Assembly (NCBI RefSeq): GCF_004010195.1
Contig: NC_057720.1
Location: forward strand, 7,305,117-7,369,116
Direction: 5' to 3'
Origin: Chiloscyllium plagiosum
Lineage: Eukaryota
Length of the DNA: 64,000 nucleotides
Below the pieces are notes generated by a model that saw only the letters and a list, made by a program, of their open reading frames with translations, ran no database searches and had not been told where the DNA came from. The translations under genes were made by a program, and so were the position numbers. Below are positions 11,241 through 24,522 of the stretch, in pieces (the first letter of the stretch is position 1; every line of letters begins with the position of its first letter).

Positions 11241-12907
11241 GAGTGGGCCTCTTTGTTGAAAAGAATGCTTTTGCCTTTGGAATCAGAATTAAAGAGTGTA
11301 TGAGATGGTTATTCAACCCACTGGACTGGTTCTAGCCCCTTAAAACTGTTGCTTGTTGCTAGCAGGTAGGAGGAGGATGGTGGTGCAATCAGAATGACAT
11401 TGAACTCACAATCCAGTCTAATACCCTGGCAACGTTGGTTCAAATCCCATCACTGGGAGTTTCGACTCCCAAGTCATTCAGTAAAACTGGATTATTAAAG
11501 CCACCTTAATACAGGTAAGCATGACAGCTATTTTGATTGGGGAAGCAATGTCCTTGGGGAAGGTGTGTTCCTTACCTGATCAGGCCTCGGTGCGATTGCA
11601 ACCCCCAGCAGAGAGTCACAGAGCATGGAAAACAGACCCTTCAGTCCAACATGTCCATCCCAAACTGAACTAGTCCCATTTATCGGTATTTGGTCCATAT
11701 CCCTCCAAACCTTTTCTATTTATGTACTTGTCCAAATGTCTTTTAAATGTTGCAACTATACCTACACAGAATCTTAACATCTCATATTTAGGTCATGGGA
11801 GTTAACATGTGTATGATAATGTGACAGTTAGAGATCATCAGCTAAACACTCCGATTTAATATGCCAATCGGAATGGTGGGTGGCACAGGAGGGAGATAAG
11901 CCAGCCAAATGTATGGCTAGGGGGAAGAACAGAAATTGAAATACAGTACAGAATCCTTAAGTATGGAAGCAGGCCATTCAGCCCATCAAATCCACGCCGG
12001 CACTCCGAAGAGCACCCCATCCAGACTCACCCCATCCCTCAGCAGCTACGGGTTACATTCCGTGACTCGGGGGACTTAGCTTCATCAGATATTTATCCAA
12101 AAATCCAGAAGTAACCCATCCCAAACCAAAAGCATGCAAGTCAGATGTTGAAATGAACTCCAAGTGATGTGTGTGTATAGCCCTTTCCAAAATCGCACCT
12201 ACTTGTTGGCCCCCAACACAAAGCCATTCCAATTCAGTGGGAACTGATGCTGAATAAACAATTTCATTCAGAAAACCTTAGTGACATGAATGAAGATATG
12301 ATATTAATGCCGTTGGCAGACTGGGTTATCCATTGTTCAAAACTATATAGTTTTATTCACTTATGAGATGTGGCCATGGCCAGCTGGGCATTTATGGCTC
12401 GTCCCTAGTTTCCCTTTGAGAAGGTGGTGGTGAGCTGCCTTCTTGAACCGCTGCAGTCCATCTCCTGTAGGTGGACTCACAATGCTCTTAGGGAGGGGAT
12501 TCAAAGATTTTGACTCAGAAACACAGAAGGAATGGCCAAGTCAGGGTATTGAGTGGCCTAGAGGGGAACTTAGGACATAAACATAGAACAGTACAGCACA
12601 GGAATAGACTCTTTAGCCCATCATGTCTGTCCCAACCACAATGTCACTCTAAACTAATCCCATCTGCCTGCACATGGTCCATATCTCTCTGTTGTCTTCC
12701 TGTTTACGTGTCTGTCTAAATACCTTTTAATCATTGCTGTTGGATCTGTTTCCACCATCTCCCCTGGCAGCACATTCCAGGCACCTACTAACCTCTGTGT
12801 AAAAACCTTGCCTCACACATCTCCTTTAAACATCCCCCTTCTCCGCTTAAACCTATGCCCCCTAGTATTTGACATTTCCACCCCAGGAAAGTGATTCTGA
12901 CTATCTA

Positions 12908-13825
12908 GGAGAAAGTGAGGACTGCAGATGCTGAAGATCACAGCTGAAAATGCGTTGCTGGAAAAGCGCAGCAGGTCAGGCAGCATCCAAGGAACAGGAG
13001 GATCGACGTTTCCGGCACGAGCCCTTCTTCAGGAAAGATGAAAGAGTGCCAAGCAGGCTAAGATAAAAGGTAGGGAAGAGGGACTTGGGGGAGGGGCATT
13101 GGAAATGCGATAGGTGGAAGGAGGTTAAGGTGAGGGTGATAAGGTGAGGNNNNNNNNNNNNNNNNNNNNNNNNNNNNNNNNNNNNNNNNNNNNNNNNNNN
13201 NNNNNNNNNNNNNNNNNNNNNNNNNNNNNNNNNNNNNNNNNNNNNNNNNNNNNNNNNNNNNNNNNNNNNNNNNNNNNNNNNNNNNNNNNNNNNNNNNNNN
13301 NNNNNNNNNNNNNNNNNNNNNNNNNNNNNNNNNNNNNNNNNNNNNNNNNNNNNNNNNNNNNNNNNNNNNNNNNNNNNNNNNNNNNNNNNNNNNNNNNNNN
13401 NNNNNNNNNNNNNNNNNNNNNNNNNNNNNNNNNNNNNNNNNNNNNNNNNNNNNNNNNNNNNNNNNNNNNNNNNNNNNNNNNNNNNNNNNNNNNNNNNNNN
13501 NNNNNNNNNNNNNNNNNNNNNNNNNNNNNNNNNNNNNNNNNNNNNNNNNNNNNNNNNNCTTCAGTCCCAACCCTCGAACTCAGCACCACCTTCCTAACCT
13601 GCAATCTTCTTCCTGACCTCTCCGCCCCCACCCCCACTCCAGCCTATCACCCTCACCTTATCACCCTCACCTTAACCTCCTTCCACCTATCGCATTCCCA
13701 ACGCGCCTCCCCCAAGTCCCTCTTCCCTACCTTTTATCTTAGCCTGCTTGGCACACTTTCCTCATTCCTGAAGAAGGGCTCATGACCGAAACGTCGATTC
13801 TCCTGCTCCTTGGATGCTGCCTGAC
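12908..13825. mobile_element. Long inverted PLE family A insertion spanning an assembly gap
   Basis: Left arm 12908-13149 is the reverse complement of the right arm; hammerhead motif CTGAAGA 13768-13774..GAAA 13788-13791; 14-bp TSD attctgactatcta at 12894-12907 and 13826-13839. Confidence 0.85.
13150..13558. other. Assembly gap (N)
   Basis: Run of N. Confidence 1.
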
Positions 13826-14319
13826 ATTCTGACTATCTACCCTATCTATGCTTCTTTATATACTTCTGTTAGGTTGCTCCTCAGCCTCTGACACTCTTGC
13901 GAAAACAACTCAGCTTACAGGTGATGATGCTGTTCTCATGCTTGTCCTACCCTTCCCCTTCTCGATGGGAATGGTCCCATTAATCAGCAGATAATAGCAG
14001 TCAATGCATGTGTTGTCAATACAGGAGAGAAATAATAGAAGTCTATTGTTGACCATTTTGCATGAGTAATCAAAAATTAATCTCACAATCCCATTACCCT
14101 GTAACGTCCTCTGTTTTATGTTTCACTGAGAAGGATGTAGTTCAATCACTCAAGCGTTCTGCATTCCACTCCTATATGCACAGAAAGTTTACCTGAACTG
14201 TGTCATTTAGTGACCTCCCCATCCCTAAGCACATAAGATAGACTCCCTCCTGTTAGTTTGGAGTGCTTATTTCTAAGTGTTGAGGGAGATCTGTCCAAGA
14301 TTTAACATGTGCTTTCAGA

Positions 14320-14805
14320 ATGATGTTGTTATACTTGAAAAGGTTCAGAAAAGATTTACAAGGATGTTGCCAGGGTTGGAGGGCTTGAGTTATAGGGAGA
14401 GGCTGAATAGACTGGGGCTACATTGGCTGGGGCATCATAGGCCGAGGGGTGATCTTGTAGAGGTGTATAAGATCATGAGGGACACGGAGAGGGTGAACAG
14501 CCAATGTCTTTTTCCAAGGGTAGGGGAGTTGAAAACCAGAGGGCATAGGTTAAAGGTGAGAGAGCTAAGATTTAAAAGAGACTTCATGCAGAGAGTGGTG
14601 CGTGTATAAAATGAACTGCCAGAGGAAGTGGTGGAGGATGGTACATTTAAAACACTTATAAACCATCTCGATGGGTACATGAATTGGAGGGGTTTAGAGG
14701 GACATGGGCCAAATGCAGGGAAATAGGACTAGATTAATTTTGGATATCTAGTCAGAGTGGATGAGTTAGGCCAAAGGGTCTGTTTTTGTTCTACACAACT
14801 CTATG
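14320..14805 (+). mobile_element. CR1 LINE 3' fragment
   Basis: ORF 14277-14609 LEKVQKRFTRMLPGLEGLSYRERLNRLGL..RGDLVEVYKIM. Confidence 0.9.
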
Positions 14806-16364
14806 TCAAATTTAGATCAGTAAAGAACATGGGTTAGACCCAGAGTAAAGCTCTCTCTACACAATGACCTGGTCTGACAGTGCAGAGGAGCCTGTACTTA
14901 GCTTGACCTGGGATAACCTGATGTGATAACACTGTTTTATAATGGGTCTAACCCATTCTAATCCCTGGCCTGAGAATATACGGGCTGACAATCAACAGCC
15001 AGAATAGAAAGGATGAGGCCTGACGATGAAGATTCACACAAAATTGATATCTGTTTAATACTGACACCAACCACCATGTTTTATTAAATAAAACTGACTA
15101 AAACATATAGGAATCTCTGGCTGGGGGAGAAAAAAATGATGCAATCTCAGTTCATGCAAGGTTTGGCAGGCTATCAAAATCGTCGGTGCTGAGAAATCTA
15201 AATCATAGTTCAGCATGTTGGAGCAATCACTGTTTACATGCTTGTAAAGGATATGAACAATGTAAACTAACCTACAATCACAACATGTCCTTTGATGGCT
15301 CAATACCACAAATCTTGCATCACTGAGACACTATTTGACGTTTGCTGTTTGAATCAAGGCATAGACGTAGCTCATTCAAACTCCCTGTGGTGATAATCCT
15401 TTTATATCAGTCACACAGATACGCTGCACCAGATTCAGAGTCTCCTCTTCTTATAATGCATTTCATCAAACATTAATCAGTCTTCTTCACCATGTTTTTC
15501 ACAGCAAATCTCCCCTGAATGTCAGGCCCCACTGCCTCCCCACCTTTGCAGCGATTGCTGCTATGTGCTGGGGTCTCGCTCTGTGGTAAGCACTCAGCTA
15601 AGAAACTCACTCACAACTCTCAACACAAGCAGCACCAACCATCAATGTAGCCAGAGCTTATCCTACCCGCAGCCAGCTTCAGAGCTTTTGTCACAGGTAT
15701 TAAGAGCTGTGGAGCTGAGCATATGCACGGTGGCTCAGTGGTTAGCACTGCTGCCTCACAGCGCTAGGGACCTAGGTTTAATTCAACCCATGGGTTTCCC
15801 CATGTCTGTTGGGTTTCCTCCCACAGTCCAAAGATGTGTAGGCTAGCTGCTGAGACACTGAGTAGAGATGCTGTGATGTATAAATGCAAGCTGTTCTTTC
15901 TGTTGAAACAAAGCTGCCTATGTCAAAAGAAGCCACTCAGCCAATCACAACTGTGCTGGCTCTTTCATTGCTCAACCCAATACCAGCATTGGCCCCATCC
16001 AACTCCTCTTCCTTATTCAGCCGTCAGGAGGTGATGGTGGATCTGCAATCACTCTATATTCAGTGCAGTCCCCCTGTTACCCACTGACTATACTAACTTG
16101 ACCATCCAGGCAGAGAGAAAGCAGCTTATGAGCTTGACTTCTTCAGAGTTTACACTTAATCTTTGACTCCTTTGTGGAATCACAGGTCAAATGTGGAGTG
16201 GGGAAAATGTGCACTGGCAGAAAAGCAGACTTGATCCACACTAGGGCTTCCCAAAGTTGGGGTTGAGAACCCAAGGCATTTGGATGATTATTTGGTCAGA
16301 AATGGTTTGCAAAAGGATATGGGGTAAAGGTAGGAGATTGACAGTGGATAATATCCTTTTTTAA

Positions 16365-16700
16365 AATTCATTCATGGAATGGGGTTTGTGTTGACTAGAC
16401 CAGGATTTATTACCAATCCCCTATTGCCCAGAGGCCAGTTAAGAGTCAAAACCACGTTGCTATGGGTCTGGAGTCACATGTAGGCAATACCAGGTAGGAA
16501 AGATAGTTTCCTTTCGGAAAGGACATCGGTGAACCAGATGGGTTATTCCTGACAATCAATACATGGTCATCATTCGACTTTTCATTCCAGAGTTTTAAAA
16601 AAATTTGAATCCAAAATCCCCCCAGGGTGGGATTTGAACCAGGTCACCAGAATATTACTTTGGTGTCTTGATTAAAAGCCCACAACAAAAAAATAACACC
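16365..16700 (-). mobile_element. tRNA-derived SINE family 2
   Basis: Reverse complement of the family core, with B-box ggatttgaacc. Confidence 0.75.
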
Positions 16701-17252
16701 AGCTCATCACTTGACCCTCAAAGAGAGCCAGTGCAGACACTGAAAGGGGCAAAGAAGACAATATATGTTTCCTGATAATTACAGTTGGATGATGTGAGCA
16801 TGTTATGAGATGGTTGGATAATATAAAATATAATCATACGGACTAACCTGGAACCTAGACTATGTGGTCACAGCTGGACAGAGATATTTGAGTAGAGGTG
16901 CAAGGTTTTGACTGGAAACATGTTATCAGTAGAAATATTATAAAAACTATTGTTTTTGTCATAAAATTTGGGCTGTGTGGTATCGCTGATGGGTACAACT
17001 CCCATGCATGCTGAATGATATACAAGCAAAGAAAGCTGAGTCCTGTTTGGTTGAAAGAGATGGGTTAAAGGGTTTTAATGACTCTTTCAGGCAGGATGGG
17101 CTGAATGGTCCCTCTCCACACTGTAATTATTCTGTGGTGGGGGGTCATGAGTTGAGATTTTTGGATTTTGCAAGTTCCAGATATTAACAGCTGTTCTGGA
17201 GCTCAGACTGAGTTCTAATGGATATGCTGCCTGCTCCTTAAGCCCCTCATAC

Positions 17253-17283
<31 letters not shown>

Positions 17284-19771
17284 GCCTCCCCTCCTTACCC
17301 CACTTCCTCATCACCCAGTCACCTTGAAGAGTCACAATCATTTTCAATCCTCGGAATGGGGTCACACTAGCAAAGACCTACACATTCGGCCTATGAAGAT
17401 CCTAACCTTTGGAAAGCTCAATACCGCAAGTTGGATAAATTCCATACAGATACCAAAAAAAAAATACTTGTGCATTAACCTCTGAGAAGACAGATGTCAC
17501 ATAAAAGTAAATATTTACATATTGCATTGTGTTTTTAAAGGAAACACAATAGAACACGTTCGCTTTCAAATCACCCGACAGATTTTTTAAAATGAGTCTA
17601 CCTCTTTGTATTTGGCGAACTTCTATCAAGTTGGATTGGAAGTAAAGAATAAAAGGGCCATCAGTAGTACATTAGCACCTCAATGCCATGCAAATATGTT
17701 CAATATTTTAGAAATGAAAATGTAATGCATCGTAATACTTATTTTTTCAAAAGCTTTTCACAGCTTCCCATTGAAGTGTGCAACTACGACAGGGGAAATT
17801 TGCCAAACGCTAATATCTCACTTATTTCACACGGTTGCTTCCGATCACAACACAGTTGCTACTGGCAACGCTGTAAAAACTGAATTAGTCTTTAGAGAAT
17901 GTGGAGAGTTATTGGCTCCCCAGATGTACAGACAGGGTGGTCTGTAAGTCAACATTAAACAGCAAAGTGAACTGGCCAGTTTGGCCTATGTTAGGAGAGT
18001 GGGCCCATCTGTTTCTAACCTGTCTCTTGAAAAGTGCTAGCTGTTCTCAGTAGGGAGCACTTGTGCCAACAAGCCAGTTTGTTGTGGGTTCAAGTCCCAA
18101 TTCAGAGAATGGCATGTGAAATCTATCACTGAGCCTTGTCTAGTTTCTTGTGCAAAGATGGAACACCAGTGCAGTGCTAGCTCAGCTTAAGATGTCGCCA
18201 TGGTGCTGTTACGGAGGGAGCAACAGTAAAGGAAAGATGATTTTGTTTGATTTAGTTCAGGATGGTATGTGGCCTGGATGGGAACTTGTGGTGTTCCCAT
18301 GCATCTGTTGCCCCTTTATAAAGTCGTAGAGTCATACAGCATGGACACAGACTCTTCGGTCCAACTAGTCCATGCTGAATATAATCCCAAACCAGGTTAG
18401 TCCCACCTGCCTGCTCCTGGCCCATATCCCTCCAAATCTTTCCTATTCACATACTTATCCAAATGTGTTTTAAATGTCGTAGATGGACCCACATTCACCG
18501 CTTCCTCAGGAAACCCACTCTACACATGAAACACCCTCTATGTAAAAGAATTTGCCCCTCATGAGGTAGTAGAGGTCTCGGATTTAGAAGGTGCTGCCTC
18601 AGGAGTCTTGGCGAGTTTCAGTAATGCATCTTTTAGGGGGAGGTGGGTAGAGTCTGCGAGGGGGAACACCCTGGCAACACCAGAATGTTCCCTGCTATTG
18701 GCTACCTGCTGCTTAGACTCTGCCATGTTGACATCGCGGCTGGAAGATTAGCTTTTATCTTTGGGAAGTTGGAATTCAGAGGTGAGCAATTGATGCTTCA
18801 GTTCCACACGACTTTTGGTTCATGTCTGGAGAATAAGCTTCGGCCTGGAACTGAACTTGGAAGGAATGAAGATCAAGACGTGCAACAGACTCACTGAAAT
18901 GAGAGCTGGGCTTTAAAGGGCTAAGTTAGAAGAGCAAGAGGAATAAAGTTTCCTCACATCCTCTCAAGTTAATTCAGTTAAAGAATGGTCTGATCAAAAT
19001 GTCTCAAGTGATCACGGTATTGGATGGGGTAAATGCAGAGACTTATTAACAAGGCACTCCCCCCATAACAAGACAACATAATCTTGGAATTCAAGCCAGA
19101 CCCCTTCAGAATGAAAGCAGCAAGTACTATTTCATGTCAAAAAGGCAGCAAAAGTCTAGAAATTCTCTGTTGAAAGATCACAGAAACTGCATCAAACAAA
19201 ATATTGAAGATTGAGATTAGAATATTTCTAAAACAGCATGGAACACAGGTAGGTCAAATGAAGTTTAGGTACAGATCAGCCATGATCAGATTCGAAGAGT
19301 GATCAGAGTTTGAGGAGCTGGAGATTATATTCTATTCCAAAGCACTCAGTTCTTGCAGGTTCTCCTTACTCTCCATGGAGATTGTAGTGTAGTGGTAATC
19401 TCATTGGATTAACAGCCTAGAAGGTTAAAACTGATACTCTGTTCAAGCCTCCCCACAGCAGCTGGCAGAAATTCAGTTTGATCCATCAGGAATCGATAGA
19501 TAGTCACCAGTAGTGGCATCCTTACCCAGTCTGACTTATATGAAACTCCACACCCACTGCAACGGGGTTGACTCTTAACTGCCCTGAAAAAGCTGAGCAA
19601 GATATCAAGTTCAAGGGCAGTTACAGATGGGCTACATGTTCCATCAACTCACACTTCCCCATGTGGTGTAGATATTTTCAAACCTGTTTCCAAGAATCAC
19701 AGGTGAGGGGATGAGCATAGAGCGGGAGGGGGAAAGAGAGAGAAAGAGGGGGGGTTTGGGGAGGGATGGGG

Positions 19772-19824
19772 NNNNNNNNNNNNNNNNNNNNNNNNNNNNN
19801 NNNNNNNNNNNNNNNNNNNNNNNN
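19772..19824. other. Assembly gap inside GA-rich simple repeat (about 19700-19960)
   Basis: Run of N flanked by purine-rich microsatellite. Confidence 1.
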
Positions 19825-21165
19825 GAGAGATAAAGAGTGAGAGACGGAGATGGAAAGGGAGAGAGATGGGCAGAAAGAGATGGAGAGAGAGCAAGTGCAA
19901 GTGATGGAGAATGAGGGAGAGAGACAGAAAGTGTAAGAGAGAGAGAGAGAGAGGTAAGTGAGTGTAAAGGGGTTATTTCAATCTCAAGCCAAGGTAGTTG
20001 AAGGTAGGGTCACCGGTGATGTGCTGACTTTATAGGAGAAATGGAGAGATACATAGGTCACTCATGTGAAGCGTGCAACAATTCATGGAGTCAAGCGGTT
20101 CATATAAATCTGCGATGATGTTGGGCCTTCATATTTTTGCCCCATTTCCCGCGCACTTTGTTACCTCTGGGTCAGAATGCATCTTTGCTAACAAAATGAA
20201 TGGCTTTTACTGCAACTTTGAGGTGCCGACAGTGCGTCTACTTCCTTTACTCACCCCAGTCATTCCAACAAGAGGAATAATCAAAATGTGCGTCAAGAGA
20301 AACTCAAAACAACACTGAAAGGGGCATCAAAAGACATTGCAATCTCTAATTTTATTGTTACATCTGAGCTCAGCTGGTAACATTTTTATTTGAAAGAAGA
20401 AGGTTATGCATTCAGTGAATCTGAGTACAAAATCCCAGTTGACAGTTTTATTGAGTGCTGATGATCCCGGAATTGTTTTGGAGAATGTTAACATCTCCTG
20501 ACACAATTCAGAGTAGAACAAGCTAATGTCCTCCTACTATCAAAAACCAATCAGGTTGTATTATAATACTCCAATCAGCTGGGCTTTACCAAGCGTAGGT
20601 GGGGAACACAACTTTGCAATTTAAGAAATAAATCAATTGTTGAAAGGCGTAAGGCAGCTTAAAATAAAATGGACCACATCAGTTTTCACATCAGTGATGC
20701 CTTCCATTAATTGTCACAAGAACTCATCTTGTCCACTCATAATCGTGAGGGAAAGAAATCTGCCGTTCTTACCCTGGTCTGGCCTTCATGTGGCTCCAGA
20801 CTCACAGCTATGGGTTGACCCTTAAACACCTCTGAGATGGTCCTAGCTAGCTAATCGGTTCAATACATGATTAAATACTAGCCTCTCTGGGGATGCCTCC
20901 ATAAGGCCACAAGAAAGAGGAAGAGGAGTAGGCCATTTGGCATCTCAGTACTGCTCCGCCATTCAATGGCTGATCTGACATTCCTCATTTTCCTGTTTTT
21001 CCCCCAAATTCTTGATGCCCCAACTGATCAAGAACCTCATCCCACGCAATAACAAATAAAATTACTCCCGTTCTCCATGTCTTTTCAAAGCTTTGCATTT
21101 TGGGTGTTTACCCAATTCCGTTCACAAGTTCCTTATGAATTTGCTTCCACTGCCCTTTCACACAC

Positions 21166-22752
21166 TGTTACTCCTCACTGCGGTAGTGCAGTGGAATTTT
21201 AAGTCCTGCTGTTCCGAGAGGCATCACAACAGTTAAAAGATTAATTTAAAGTATGTGGAATGTTCCAATTCACTTGTCTTTTTTGACACAGGTTGGCAGA
21301 AAACATGGGCCAGGTTTAACATTTATCAATGACTACTATTTACTAAAAATAAAGAAATTCTAGCTAAAGAGAATCAATTACGACTTTTATTCAGTTAAAT
21401 TTCTTGTAACTCTCTACCTTATAAAGTGTAAAACTCTCCCTACATATACAAACAGACTCAAGAATACGTGAATGTGTGTTATGGGCAGTCATAGAGATAT
21501 ACACCATGGAAACAGACCCTTCAGTCCAATTTTCCATGCTGACCAGATATCCTAAATTAATCTAGCCCCATTTACTAGCATTTGGCCCAAATCCCTCTAA
21601 ACCCTTCCTATTCATATACTCATCCAGATGCCTTTTAAATCCTGTAATTGTACCAGCCTCCACCACTTCCTCAACAATTCATTCCATATACGAACTACCC
21701 TCTGAAAATTTTAAATCTTTCCCCTCTTGCCTTAAACCGGTGCCATCTAGTTTTGGACTCCCCGACCTTGAGGAAATGACCTTGGCTATTTACCCTATCC
21801 ATGCCCCTCATGATTTTATGAACTTCTACAACGTCACCCCCTCACCCTCCTACGCTCCAGGGAAAACAGCCCCAGCCTGTTCAGCCTCTCCCTATAGCTC
21901 AAACCCTCCAACCCTGGCAACATCCTTGTAAATCTTTTTCGAACCTTTTCAAGTTTCACAACAACCTTCCTATAGCAGGGAGACCAGATTTGAACGTAGT
22001 ATTTCAAAAGTATCCTAGCCAATGTCTTGTACAGCCGCAACATGACCTCCCTACTCCTATACTCAATGCACTGACCAGTAAAGGCAAACATACCAAATGC
22101 CTTCTTCACTACCATGTCTACCTGCCAACTCCACGTTCAAGGAAGGGACAGGCAGAGAAGGCAGTTGAATGCTCCCTCGTCAAGGGATCACTGAGATGAT
22201 CCTTTTGGATGGTCAAGACTTGCTGCACCTTGACCTTTCTTCTCTTGGCACTTTCACTTGCTCATAGTAGGCATGGAAGGCTGGTTCACTGGTAATGTCT
22301 CTGATTTACAAAAGGTCACGGCCTACAGCAGCCGATGTGGGAAATAAATTAATCTTCTTTCAGACTGAGGAATTTTTATTGTAATTAAATGATGGGTCTT
22401 CTTTTAGTGGATTCTGCCCAATCATTCACACCTACAAACTGTTCAGCTACCTAGGAGCCAATCACATAGTTGTTGGCAGGCAGAACCCTTTTGTCATCAC
22501 CATTACCCAGACCAATCAGCTATGTGTTGCCAGCCCAATCTCCACTTGCAGACAGCCACTGGCTGCAGCTCATCTGGAGTAACCTCCCCCACTACTTGAG
22601 CAAGCAGCTGTGTAAGGAACACTTAAAAGAGCACCAGGAAACTTGCTTTCTAAAAAAAATTGCAGCCATCCTTAGCACAACCAACAATTTCTAAAACAGA
22701 CCTTTCCCCAATTTCAGTGCACCATCAAAATTACAAAAAAAAGGCCATAACA
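21166..22752. mobile_element. Solo LTR (Gypsy-like) with nested CR1 at 21487-22145
   Basis: Ends TGTTA...TAACA; imperfect 4-bp TSD acac/tcac; interrupts an older CR1 remnant that resumes at 22753. Confidence 0.6.
21487..22145 (-). mobile_element. CR1 LINE 3' fragment
   Basis: ORF 21834-22115 VVKKAFGMFAF..IEYRSREVMLRLYKTLAR..WSPCYRK..FTRMLPGLEGLSYRERL. Confidence 0.9.
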
Positions 22753-23571
22753 TCACATTTCAGATCATAACAATTTGTTGTGTCAAAGAAATTCCCATCT
22801 CCTCCCTAATTATTCTCAACCTTTGGCTGTTTATCAATGATCCTCAGGTCAGTGGTATGTTTTCTCCGTATTAACTCAGTAAAAGTCCTTTCTGAACTTA
22901 CACAAAATCTCCTCGCTAGCTTGAAGTTAGCATTCATTGGTGAGATGTCTAATGCACATTTCAGATGAACACCATTAGCCTGGGTTCAATTGCTGTTCCC
23001 ATAGAGACAGACCTGGGACATACCTCCTGGAAGGCAACAGCAAGCCGCCAGTGTCAAAAAATTGCTGAGCAAAATAGCTGAGGATAAAGCATCGGCTGAA
23101 AAAGAACTTGGGAGATCTGTGTGCCTTTGGAAAATGTATACGTGAACACTGGAGAACAATTCAGGTTTCTCTAACTGAGCTCCTTGGTATTTGCTCTATT
23201 AACACTCCCGAGCAGTCCCTCTCTTTTTCTCTCTCCCTCTCGCAGATCTTTTGCATAAAAAATATCAGCACACACGGATAAATTAGCAAGTTCCACACTC
23301 TATAAGTCCACAGATCCACTGTGCCTCCCTCTGTTTCATTGACCAAAGCAGCCAACACAGCCCGATGCTCTGGAACATTCATGACAAACTCCATTCCTTC
23401 ACTGGACCTCCTCAGATCTTCTGCCCCGTATTCCTGCCGATGCATTCAAAGCTGCCTTTCCCAATCGCCTTAACCAAATTCCCTATTACATAGCATACCT
23501 AACAAACCCACTGCTTCCTCAACAGACATCTCCCAACACAAAACTCATTCTATGGGGTCAACTAACACTGT

Positions 23572-23780
23572 CAAAATGCATAGCGCTGGAGAAGCACAGC
23601 AGGTCAGGCAGCATCCGAGGAGCAGGAGAGTCAAAGTTTCAGGCATAAGCCCTTAATGAAAAGCTTCTGCCTGAAACATTGACTCTCCTGCTCCTCAGAT
23701 GCTTCCTGACCTGCTGTGCTTTTCCAGTGCCACATTTTTCGACTCTGATTCCCAGCATCCGCAGTCCTCACTTTCTCCCA
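23572..23780. mobile_element. Fold-back PLE mini-element, family A
   Basis: Inverted arms with apex in the hammerhead (gcccttaatgaaaagc); TSD taacactgt at 23563-23571 and 23784-23792. Confidence 0.8.
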
Positions 23781-24397
23781 GGTTAACACTGTGTTTGCTC
23801 AGGCCCGGATTCTTTGCTTGCATGAACATCAGCATCCGACTGCATCACTGAGCACATCACATTCAAGAAAAAGGTGTCAAGTGAGCTGAAAACAAAACCA
23901 AATTTAGCTTGCTCAATGAGGCATTTCAGAAAAGAACTATTTTTTTTTACCAATTTTGCTGTCAGGATAATGTTGAAGATTCAGTCGATAATCATCGCGG
24001 GTCAGGTAGCTGTAATGTCATTGAGCGGATGTGGTTCACACAGTGAAACCAGTGCCTTGGATGGTTTTAGCAGAAGCAGCAGCCATCAGTGTGGAACATT
24101 CAGTCATCAGTCACATGCCAACAAGTACATCTCCCGTGTTATGAGCAGCTGAGCGGTTCTGCTTCTGTGTTTCAGACATTTCTGGTCAGGAAAGTGCTCA
24201 ACATTGCAAACCAGAGAGACCAGAACTGGCAGCAGCCTAGAGGTGCTGCTGCAATCCTGACTGAATCATGGAGACAAGCGAATTTGTATAGCACCTTCCC
24301 CAAATCTCAAGATCTCCCAAAACACATCGCAGTCAAAGAGGTACTCTTGAAACGCGGTCGCTACTATAACAGGAGGAACCAATTTGTGGACAGTACG

Positions 24398-24522
24398 TAA
24401 AAACCGAAAGAACTGCGGATGCAGTAAATCAGAAACAAAAACAAAAATTGCCAGAAAAGCTCAGCAGGTCTGGCAGCATCTGTGGAGAGAAATCAGAGTT
24501 AACATTTCAAGTCATGTGACCT
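24398..24522 (-). mobile_element. PLE terminal-repeat fragment, third family
   Basis: aactgcggatgc..gaaaagctcagcaggtctggcagcatctg..gttaacatttc, related to families A and C. Confidence 0.6.

Larger units (their letters stand above)
12575..13915 (-). mobile_element. CR1 LINE 3' fragment hosting a PLE
   Basis: Typical CR1 tail (catagaacagtacagcacagg..) and ORF2 3' remnants continuing on both sides of 12908-13825. Confidence 0.8.

Noticed and set aside
10473..11303. His/Thr/Leu-rich ORFs
   Set aside because: Translation of the CA-rich minisatellite
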